This document shows positions 29,054 through 37,482 of a stretch of 64,000 nucleotides of DNA, one piece after another. This stretch comes from Bacteroidota bacterium (GTDB taxonomy: Bacteria; Bacteroidota; Ignavibacteria; Tepidaquicellales; Tepidaquicellaceae), in contig JAFDZP010000002.1 of the NCBI GenBank assembly GCA_018266835.1, positions 779,302 through 843,301 on the forward strand, in the 5' to 3' direction. Each line of letters begins with the position of its first letter. The first letter of the stretch is position 1. A program made the position numbers and the translations under genes. The notes below the pieces were generated by a model. The model was not told the origin of the DNA. It saw nothing but the letters and a program-made list of their open reading frames with translations, and searched no databases.

Positions 29054-30667
29054 ATGAATAAACTCCTACAAAGACAAGTCCAAAAAGTTTTCGGAACTAC
29101 AGAAAACTTCCCGCAAAAATACAACGAACTCTTCAACCTCATAAGTGAATCCTACGAAAATAAAGATAATGACAGGAAAATGTTGGAAAGGGTTCTTGAA
29201 ATGACATCTGAAGAAATGATTAAACTGAATGAGAAAATCAGAGCCGAGGCACGGGATGCATTAAAACTGGTTGATAACCGTCTGAAACATGCTACCAGCG
29301 CAGTAAATGTCGGTATCTGGGAGTTTGACTTTGTTAATGATAAAGTAATCTGGGATGAAACAACATTTAAATTGTATGGTCTGGATTATGTTGATAAAAT
29401 AGATGAGGTAGAAGCATGGAAAAAACATGTTGCTCCGGAACACCAGAAAATGGCAGAGCATGCAATGAAAGATGCAATTTCAGGAAAAAAAGAGTTTGAT
29501 ATTGAATACAAAGTTATATGGCCTGATAACAGCGTTCATTATCTCAGGACTAAAGGAGTCACTCAAAAGGACGAAACAGGAAGAGTCGTAAATATGCTGG
29601 GCACGAAATGGGATGTCTCGGAAAAATGGAGAGCGCAGTTAAATATTAAGCGTGAAAAAGAACTTGCCGATTCTGTAATTAACAGCCTGCCGGTAATATT
29701 TTTCTTATTTAATAAAGAAGGAAAATTTTTAAGATGGAACAAAAATCTGATGCAGGTTACCGGTTACTCAGAAGAAGAAATGGCTAAAATTCATCCGCTG
29801 GATTTTTTTCATGATGACGAAAAAGAAAAAATGCAGAACGAAATAAAGATGGTGCTTACTTACGGTCAAAGCGACTCAGAAGCAAATATACTGACAAAGT
29901 CAAAGAAAAGAATTCCGTACTACTTCAACTCCATTACAATTAACTATGAAGGTCAGGAATGTGTTATAGGAACCGGTACAAATATAACTGACCGGAAACG
30001 AATGGAAGAAAACCTTAAAGCAAAAAATAAAGATCTGGAAGAATTTGCGCACATAGTTTCACATAATCTGCGTGCGCCGATTGCAAAGATACAGGGGCTC
30101 ACCTCTCTTGTGAATACAGAAGAAGTCGTAATAAAAGATAATATGGATTTACTTGAATACATTAAGGATGAAGTAACAAATCTTGATAAGATTATAAAGG
30201 AAATGAATTCAATTATCAGAGAAAAAGAATATGTTAATTTCAAAACTTCTTATCCCGGAATAAAAACACAAACCAAACAGATAAAAACAATTTTTCTGAT
30301 TGACGATGACCCGGTAGTAAATATAATTTCAACCAAAATTATTGAGAAAGCAAAATTCGCAGAGAAGATAGAAGTTTATACTAATGCAGGAAATGCTCTT
30401 GAAGATTTAGATAAAAAATTTCTAACTGATAAAAAGGAACTGCCCGAAGTTGTATTTCTTGATATTAACATGCCCGGTAAAAACGGATGGGAGTTCCTGG
30501 ACGAATTTGAAAAATTGTGCGAAGATATAAAGAAAAACTGTAAAGTATTTATGTTGACATCTTCAATTGATCCTAATGATGTAAAAAAATCACAAACATA
30601 CGAAACTGTGAAGGATTTTATCGTAAAACCATTAACAAAAGAAAAATTAGCAAAGCTGAATATATAA
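29054..30667 (+). CDS. PAS-PAS-DHp(HisKA)-receiver protein lacking an HATPase catalytic domain
   Basis: Two PAS regions. H-box HIVSHNLRAPIAKIQGL. About 70 aa later comes a complete receiver (LIDDD ... FLDINMPGKNG ... LTSS ... VKP). No N/G1/G2 boxes anywhere. Confidence 0.7.
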   Translation: MNKLLQRQVQKVFGTTENFPQKYNELFNLISESYENKDNDRKMLERVLEMTSEEMIKLNEKIRAEARDALKLVDNRLKHATSAVNVGIWEFDFVNDKVIWDETTFKLYGLDYVDKIDEVEAWKKHVAPEHQKMAEHAMKDAISGKKEFDIEYKVIWPDNSVHYLRTKGVTQKDETGRVVNMLGTKWDVSEKWRAQLNIKREKELADSVINSLPVIFFLFNKEGKFLRWNKNLMQVTGYSEEEMAKIHPLDFFHDDEKEKMQNEIKMVLTYGQSDSEANILTKSKKRIPYYFNSITINYEGQECVIGTGTNITDRKRMEENLKAKNKDLEEFAHIVSHNLRAPIAKIQGLTSLVNTEEVVIKDNMDLLEYIKDEVTNLDKIIKEMNSIIREKEYVNFKTSYPGIKTQTKQIKTIFLIDDDPVVNIISTKIIEKAKFAEKIEVYTNAGNALEDLDKKFLTDKKELPEVVFLDINMPGKNGWEFLDEFEKLCEDIKKNCKVFMLTSSIDPNDVKKSQTYETVKDFIVKPLTKEKLAKLNI

Positions 30668-30793
30668 ATTTTTTGATGACTTTGGAAATTAAGCTGCTGA
30701 AATTTTTTCCGGGGTAAATAAAAAAACCCGCAAATCATATTGACTCGCAGGCTTTTTAAAAATTCAATAAGATTTATTGTATAATCTTATCTT

Positions 30794-33250
30794 TTATATT
30801 GTATCTTCATTAGTGATATCATCTGAATTTTTCTTTTCTTCTTCTGTCTTTTCTTCGTTTAGTTTTTCATCAATCACTATATCTTCTTCGATTGCTTTAT
30901 TGCTTCTTTCAATTGTTTCAGGCTTGAAATCAATTATTGATTTGCCGGTAATCTTTTCTATAAGGTTTAAGCCGAGTAAATTTTCTAAACTTCCGCCTCC
31001 CTGACCATTGCCTGTAATAAGTACATCAGGAATAACCTTAATACTGTGCTTTGCAATTTCTTCTATTACCTTTATCTGACCAAATGTATTGCTTCCCATA
31101 GCTTCTACTTCAAGCTGATATGAACGGGCCTTTGCTTTACCTTGTGTCAGAATAACTACTGCTTTTGCATTACCTATTTTTGTAATTGCTTCAGCATCAG
31201 CCTCTGCATTAAGCTTAGTAGCTTTTGCCTTACCGCCTGCTTCAATTTCAACCGCTTCAGCATCTCCCGATGCTTTTTTTACAACACTTGCCGCAATGTT
31301 TTTGGCGATTTCAATATTTCTTTCCGATTCAATAACTTTCGGCTGCATGTTTGCGTTTGCTTTAGCATTTTCATAATCCTTTCTTTCATTCTCAGCTTCC
31401 TTTTGTGTGATGAATGTTTTTTTATGCTGCTCTGCAAGCTGCCTGTCTGAAACAGTTTTTTTAAGTTCAGCAGGAAGAACAACGTCTGCAATCATAGTAT
31501 CTTTAGATTCTATGTGATAGTTTCTCAGAACATTCTGGATGTGCGCTTTTGCTTTTTCCTGAAGCTCGGCTCTTTCAGTATACAAGTCTAATGCCTTCAC
31601 CGATTGTGCAGCGTTACGGAAGTGCGATGATATAGCCGGTTCAAGAACCTGCGATATCATATTTTTGACTGAACCTAAATTAGCTACTACCTTAGGAGCA
31701 TCTGCCATTGCTATATGAATAATAACACTTACATCCATATTAACATCAAATGCATCGGCAGTTCTCAATGTAATGGTATTCAAATTTGAATCAAGATTAT
31801 GCGCGCTTGTTTCATTATCTGCCCAGTTTAAAAGTATCTGCGTAGTCGGGACACGATCAACTTTACATATTTGAGTATTGATAGCGTGTTTGCCCGGACC
31901 AAGCGGGTCAGCCCAGATTCCTTTTTTTCCATTAGGAACAATCTTAGCGTTTACATTGCTGTCGCTGATATCATCAGAATCTTCACCAACGTAACTGGTG
32001 ATAACGGCGCATTCACCTATATGAACTTCAGTCATAGGAACTTTTTGAACATCAGCAAACCATGGATTGATAGCATAATTACCGGAACGCAGAACAGATA
32101 TCTGCAAACCTTTTTGTCCGCCTGCAGCAAGGAATGCAGCAGCATCCTGAAAATTATTATGAAGATCAAGCTGAACTTCTTCTGCTGCAATCTTTGACGG
32201 GTCCATGATGGATTTACCTTCAAGAATTGTAACAATACCGACTTCATCAGTACCGATAGACACACAGGGGACAGGTTCACTTACGTGAAACAATCTTGTA
32301 TTAATACGGTATTCACCTGACATTAATTTATCTAACTGACGGCCTTTCTCTCCGCCATTCTGAATAAATTTTTCTCCCATCTGAAAGTTGACATGGTCAG
32401 GAACAGTCTTTGCTAATAAGCGTCCGTCAGGTATCATCGCTCCATCCATCGCAGTTATCAAACCTATATGTCCGCCGGGAATTACAGTTACCGGAACAAT
32501 TTCAACTTTGAATAAATCAGTATTTATTTTATGGTAACCCGGAGGAAGAATATTTACTTGCGGTCCTTTTTGTCCGCCGTTTTTTAAGAAGGCAGCACCA
32601 TCCTGATAATTATCGCATTCAACAGGCTCGGCAAAAATTCTGCCGATTTTACATGCCTCTCCTGAAACTGCTTCTACTATACCTACTTCATCATTTTTAA
32701 TAAATACAGCTTTACGAATTTCAATATCAAATAATTCGGGATTAATACGATGCTCACCTGTTTGTAAAATATTTACCTGCGGTCCTTTCTGTCCGTTGTT
32801 TCTCAGGAACATTTCTCCATCCTGAAAATCCATGCATTCAACAGGGTCTGCAAAATATTGTCCCGACGGCATTGCGCGACCTGTACGTGCAGTAACTACT
32901 CCGATTTCATCTTCGTGAATCTTTATAAACTTACTCTTCTTTATTTTATAAATAGGAGGTAAAAAATGTGTTCCCGGACCGAGAATTCGAGCCTGAATAC
33001 CGACTTCACCGTGTAAAGCAACAGTACGTCCGTCCGGCATACTTTTACCAACATAACGTCTTTCAAGAGTGATGATTTCATCTCCTTTAGCGATTGTAAT
33101 AGATTTCCAAATCAGAATAAGGAGGAAAAGTACAATAATTCCTACAACAACGAGTCCTAGCATTTCAAGTGGTCCACCTAAAATAATAGAAAATAATGCG
33201 TATAACATTTTTTGATTTTTATCTTTATTAATAACCGTGTAGGGTGGCAC
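30794..33250 (-). CDS. Flotillin/SPFH (band-7) family membrane protein with four internal ~75-aa tandem repeats. An alternative start is at MLYALF (33208).
   Basis: N-terminal TM; repeated FL.NGGQKGPQVNIL..G.Y.IN..LF.VE modules x4; then an SPFH core and an EA-rich flotillin coiled coil (AEAVEIEAGGKAKATKLNAEADAEAI). Confidence 0.7.
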   Translation of the reverse strand: MPPYTVINKDKNQKMLYALFSIILGGPLEMLGLVVVGIIVLFLLILIWKSITIAKGDEIITLERRYVGKSMPDGRTVALHGEVGIQARILGPGTHFLPPIYKIKKSKFIKIHEDEIGVVTARTGRAMPSGQYFADPVECMDFQDGEMFLRNNGQKGPQVNILQTGEHRINPELFDIEIRKAVFIKNDEVGIVEAVSGEACKIGRIFAEPVECDNYQDGAAFLKNGGQKGPQVNILPPGYHKINTDLFKVEIVPVTVIPGGHIGLITAMDGAMIPDGRLLAKTVPDHVNFQMGEKFIQNGGEKGRQLDKLMSGEYRINTRLFHVSEPVPCVSIGTDEVGIVTILEGKSIMDPSKIAAEEVQLDLHNNFQDAAAFLAAGGQKGLQISVLRSGNYAINPWFADVQKVPMTEVHIGECAVITSYVGEDSDDISDSNVNAKIVPNGKKGIWADPLGPGKHAINTQICKVDRVPTTQILLNWADNETSAHNLDSNLNTITLRTADAFDVNMDVSVIIHIAMADAPKVVANLGSVKNMISQVLEPAISSHFRNAAQSVKALDLYTERAELQEKAKAHIQNVLRNYHIESKDTMIADVVLPAELKKTVSDRQLAEQHKKTFITQKEAENERKDYENAKANANMQPKVIESERNIEIAKNIAASVVKKASGDAEAVEIEAGGKAKATKLNAEADAEAITKIGNAKAVVILTQGKAKARSYQLEVEAMGSNTFGQIKVIEEIAKHSIKVIPDVLITGNGQGGGSLENLLGLNLIEKITGKSIIDFKPETIERSNKAIEEDIVIDEKLNEEKTEEEKKNSDDITNEDTI

Positions 33251-33430
33251 GGCATTTAAAACCCTTTAGTATATATTTTGTAAAAAATTTTCGTGAAATA
33301 TTACGTTTTTTTAATAATATGTCAAGATGTTAAAAAACGTATAAAAAACCAGTACTTGCTAGAAGACCGAATTTTATACATTCTTTTATACGATTAGATT
33401 TTTCCGAAGTTCAGTATAGAAGTACTGAGG

Positions 33431-33790
33431 TTACTTTATTTTCTTGAATGTTTTAGCAAATTGCTCTTTTCTGAATGGGCAGTCGTCCCTTTCTAAATCA
33501 AAATTCAGCGCAATTTCGTTTAAAGTATATTGATACTTCGCCTCACCTCTACAGCTCAGAGGAATTTTCCCGGATGAGAATGAAATAAAAATGTCAGTTC
33601 CATTTACAGTATAACTCCCTACCATAGCTGGTATAGAATCTTTTTTTGTAAGTAGTTCAAAAGTATTATCCTTTGAAAAATTAATTTCGATAGAACCGTT
33701 AGTCCATGTCCCTTCAAGTTTTTTGTAATCGGTTGTCGAAGAGCAGGAGAAGAGGAAAACAGATAATATTAATATAAAAAAATACTTCAC
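33431..33790 (-). CDS. Small hypothetical lipoprotein (GTG start overlapping the mnmE stop, GTGA)
   Basis: Signal peptide and lipobox LFSCSS. Confidence 0.5.
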   Translation of the reverse strand: MKYFFILILSVFLFSCSSTTDYKKLEGTWTNGSIEINFSKDNTFELLTKKDSIPAMVGSYTVNGTDIFISFSSGKIPLSCRGEAKYQYTLNEIALNFDLERDDCPFRKEQFAKTFKKIK

Positions 33791-35160
33791 TTTCCGATAC
33801 AGAAATTTGCAAAAATATTATTGAGGATTTCATCGTTTGTTATTTCTCCCGTGATTTCTCCTAGATATTTCATAGCATTACGGAAGTCTACGGAAATAAA
33901 CTCTCCGCTCATTTTATCGTCGATGGTATGGACTGCATTATTAAGTGATGCTAAAACATTTTCAAGGCAGACTTTATGCCGCAGGTTTGTAAGTACTATC
34001 TCTCCCGAGCCGGATGAAATTCCTTTGCCGACTACTTTATCTGTCATTTCTTTTTTCAATTCTTCGATTGATTCATCTTTAAGTAATGAAATTCCTTTTA
34101 CTTTCGGATTATCTGCTCTATCAATTTTTGTGTAAACAAGTATCGATTTATTTTTATCTATATGGTGCTCATAAAACTTTAAGCTCTCGTTTATTTTTTC
34201 CTGTGAGTCCGATTCATCTATTAAATACATAATCAAATCTGCTTCGGAAATTTTTTCATAGCTGCGTTTTATTCCTTCGCTTTCGATTTCATCTTCCGAG
34301 AATCTCAGTCCCGCCGTATCAATTAAATTGAACAGTACTCCGTTTATTATTAAACTCTCCTGTATGTAATCACGAGTCGTTCCTTCCACATTACTTACAA
34401 TTGCTCTGTTTGTTTTTAGAAGATAATTGAATAGAGATGATTTCCCGCTGTTAGGCTGACCTGCAATAACCAGATTAACACCTTCGCGAATTACTTTACC
34501 TGATATATACGAAGCAATTATATCTTCAATTCTTTTTATTAACTTCTGAATGTTATTTTTAAGTTCGTCCTTTTTTACAAACTCAAGGTCTTCCTCTGCA
34601 AAATCAAGTTCAAGCTCAACCAATGAAGTAAGATTAATTAAATCCTGTCTTGTCTTTTTTACGAAATCAGATAACGAGCCTTCAAGCTGCTTTATAGATG
34701 ACTCGTGTGCTGAATCTGTTTTTGATTTTATTAAATCGGCAACAGCCTCTGCCTGAGATAAATCAATCTTACCGTTGAGAAAAGCGCGTTTGGTAAATTC
34801 ACCGGGTTCGGCATGTCTGATTCCTAGTGAAAGAATTGTATTCAATACTTTTTGCGTAACAAAGACTCCGCCGTGCGAGGAAAGCTCAAGTACATCTTCT
34901 CCCGTATAAGAAGCAGGATTTATAAAAATCGACAACACTGCCTCATCTATTATCTCATTCTTGTTGAATACATATCCGAAGTGGATTGTGTGAGAATTCA
35001 AAGATGCAATATCAAAATTATTTTTGCCTGATTTATCTTTAAAAAATATTGAAGAAATTTTTTCAAATGCCTTCTCACCTGAAACGCGGATAACGGAAAT
35101 CCCGCCTTCTCCTATGGGAGTTGATATTGCAGCTATGGTATCGTAATTATTTAAATGCAT
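33787..35160 (-). CDS. mnmE: tRNA modification GTPase MnmE
   Basis: G-domain motifs (GQPNSGKSS, DTAG), N-terminal THF-binding domain, and C-terminal CIGK. Confidence 0.85.
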   Translation of the reverse strand: MHLNNYDTIAAISTPIGEGGISVIRVSGEKAFEKISSIFFKDKSGKNNFDIASLNSHTIHFGYVFNKNEIIDEAVLSIFINPASYTGEDVLELSSHGGVFVTQKVLNTILSLGIRHAEPGEFTKRAFLNGKIDLSQAEAVADLIKSKTDSAHESSIKQLEGSLSDFVKKTRQDLINLTSLVELELDFAEEDLEFVKKDELKNNIQKLIKRIEDIIASYISGKVIREGVNLVIAGQPNSGKSSLFNYLLKTNRAIVSNVEGTTRDYIQESLIINGVLFNLIDTAGLRFSEDEIESEGIKRSYEKISEADLIMYLIDESDSQEKINESLKFYEHHIDKNKSILVYTKIDRADNPKVKGISLLKDESIEELKKEMTDKVVGKGISSGSGEIVLTNLRHKVCLENVLASLNNAVHTIDDKMSGEFISVDFRNAMKYLGEITGEITNDEILNNIFANFCIGK

Positions 35161-35168
35161 AAATTTTT

Positions 35169-36164
35169 CTAAACAGTTTTATTTCTCATTATGAGCCATA
35201 TAAAAACAGGGGCACCGAGGAATGATGTTATTATTCCTACGGGAAGTTCTGCAGGAGCGATTACAACTCTCGCAATTACATCAGATACGGATAAAAAAAT
35301 TATTCCTAAAAACACCGATGCAGGAATGGAGTAACGGTAATCATTGCCAATCAAAAGTTTTGCTATGTTGGGAATTATCAACCCAACAAAAGAAATTATT
35401 CCTGCAATAGAAACTGCGCAGGCTGCAAGCAATGCCGAAAGTAAAATAGAAACTATCTGAATTTTCTTAAGATTTAATCCTAAAGAAATTGCGAGCTCAT
35501 CTCCGAGGTTCAAAACATTCAATTCCTTCGAATAAAAAAATGCCAGCATAATTCCCACAAATACAGGAACTGAAGTCATGGTAAATTCATTCCATCCCCT
35601 CCCCGCAAGTCCGCCGTTGAGCCAGAAAAGAATCTGATTAACACTTTGTCCCGCTAAAATCAGCAGTAAGCCGTTTACAGAAGCGAGCAAAGCGCTAATA
35701 GCTATTCCAATCAAGATGATTTTATTTGTAGAGATAAAATTGCTATATTTATTAGTAGAAATTCTGGCAGATACATATATAATTAATGTCGAAATAATCG
35801 CAAAAACGAAAGAAACAGGTGTAATGTAATAAAACGGAACGGCGACGGGAAGCAGAAACATTATTATCGCTCCCAATCCTGCGCCTGCGGAAATTCCCAG
35901 CAGTCCGGGCTCGGCGAGATTATTTCTGAGCAAGCTTTGCAAAATCATTCCGGAACAGGAAAGAGCAGAGCCAACAATAACTGTATTCAGCAAACGCGGT
36001 ATTCTGATATCAAAAAGAACTTTTCTTATTGCTTCATCGTTAATTGAATTAAAGTTAAATATCTGAGCTAACGGAATTTTCACTGCGCCTAATGTCAACG
36101 ACACAAGGCATACAAGAATTGTAAGCAGAAATAAAAATAATATTAATAAAATCTTTCTGTTCAA
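35169..36164 (-). CDS. FecCD-family ABC transporter permease (iron-siderophore/B12 type); no cognate ATPase or binding protein adjacent
   Basis: 331 aa, ~9 TM, FecCD-like glycine-rich segments. Confidence 0.65.
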   Translation of the reverse strand: MNRKILLILFLFLLTILVCLVSLTLGAVKIPLAQIFNFNSINDEAIRKVLFDIRIPRLLNTVIVGSALSCSGMILQSLLRNNLAEPGLLGISAGAGLGAIIMFLLPVAVPFYYITPVSFVFAIISTLIIYVSARISTNKYSNFISTNKIILIGIAISALLASVNGLLLILAGQSVNQILFWLNGGLAGRGWNEFTMTSVPVFVGIMLAFFYSKELNVLNLGDELAISLGLNLKKIQIVSILLSALLAACAVSIAGIISFVGLIIPNIAKLLIGNDYRYSIPASVFLGIIFLSVSDVIARVVIAPAELPVGIITSFLGAPVFIWLIMRNKTV

Positions 36165-36247
36165 AAATAAAAAATCGCTTTCACGGATTGGTTAAGGATT
36201 GTAATGTTCTGTAATACTCAATATATAAAAATCTACTTAAGGTCTTA

Positions 36248-37453
36248 ATGAATAAATTCGGCTCGTTAAACATAAAAATTGCACTCATTCTCAGCGGCGT
36301 ACTGATTGCAGTCTTCGTATTATATTTCACTCAGGTTATTGTAAACAGAATTCAGGAACGCGAAAGAGAAATTGCGAGACTTTACGGGCGTGCTTTGGAA
36401 TACATTGCTAACGATGAAAACTCAGGCGAATACAATTTTATCTTCAACGAAATTATCCAGCAGATTGACTTCCCTATCATTGCTACAAACAGAGATAAGA
36501 ACCGCATTGAATTTTTTAAGAACATCGATATAGATACCAGCAGGCAATTTACCAGAAGCGATACATTGCATTTATTGAAGCTTGCCGAGGAAATGGCAGA
36601 CCTGAATCCTCCTATTAAAGTCACGTTCAAAAATACCGTTGTCCTTAATTATGTTCATTACGGGCAGTCAAAACTTGTTAATGATTTAAAAAATCTTCCT
36701 TACTTTGAGTTTGCAATCGGAGGAATATTTCTTCTGCTGGGTTATATCGGATTCTCCTATATAAAGAAGCATGAGCAGAGCAATATCTGGGTGGGACTTT
36801 CGCGCGAGACGGCGCATCAGCTTGGAACACCTTTAACATCATTAATGGGATGGCTTGAAATGCTGAAGATGGAAGAGAATAAATCTCCCGAACTTGAAGA
36901 GGTCACGAAGGAAATTGGAAACGATTTAGAAAAGCTGAATAAAATAGCCGGAAGATTTTCAAAGATAGGCTCGAAGCCGCTGCTTGTTGAAGAAAATGTT
37001 TATGAAGTAATAAAAAAAGTTGCAGATTATTTTGAAAAGAGAATACCTACATTGGTTTCTGCAGATGGAATTGTTTCAAAAAAAGTTGTTGTTGAAATAA
37101 ACGGTTCAAGAGAAGCAAAAGGAAAAATAAATAAAGATTTGTTTGAATGGGTAATAGAAAATCTTTTGAAAAATTCTTTAGACGCTATGGATAAACCGCA
37201 GGGCAAAATCACCTTTAACATTGCAGAGAAACACCATGAAACTACAATAGATGTAGCCGATAACGGAAAAGGCATAGATTCAAAATTTAAAAAAGATGTT
37301 TTCCGTCCCGGATACTCAACTAAAATGAGAGGCTGGGGACTTGGGCTGAGCTTAGCTAAAAGAATTATAGAAAATTATAACGACGGCAAGCTGACACTTT
37401 TAGACAGTACTTCAGGCAAAGGAACTACGTTCAGAATAAAACTGCCAAGATAA
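36248..37453 (+). CDS. Membrane sensor histidine kinase
   Basis: Two TM; H-box AHQLGTPLTSL; HATPase N/G boxes (DNGKGI, GWGLGLSLAKRI). Confidence 0.75.
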   Translation: MNKFGSLNIKIALILSGVLIAVFVLYFTQVIVNRIQEREREIARLYGRALEYIANDENSGEYNFIFNEIIQQIDFPIIATNRDKNRIEFFKNIDIDTSRQFTRSDTLHLLKLAEEMADLNPPIKVTFKNTVVLNYVHYGQSKLVNDLKNLPYFEFAIGGIFLLLGYIGFSYIKKHEQSNIWVGLSRETAHQLGTPLTSLMGWLEMLKMEENKSPELEEVTKEIGNDLEKLNKIAGRFSKIGSKPLLVEENVYEVIKKVADYFEKRIPTLVSADGIVSKKVVVEINGSREAKGKINKDLFEWVIENLLKNSLDAMDKPQGKITFNIAEKHHETTIDVADNGKGIDSKFKKDVFRPGYSTKMRGWGLGLSLAKRIIENYNDGKLTLLDSTSGKGTTFRIKLPR

Positions 37454-37482
37454 ATAATTTAAAATAGTACAGAAAAAAGTTT

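Noticed and set aside
30700-30760. Intrinsic terminator between the PAS gene and the flotillin gene
   Set aside because: The A/T runs flank only a weak, mismatched stem (cccgcaa...tcgcagg). It is not convincing enough to call.
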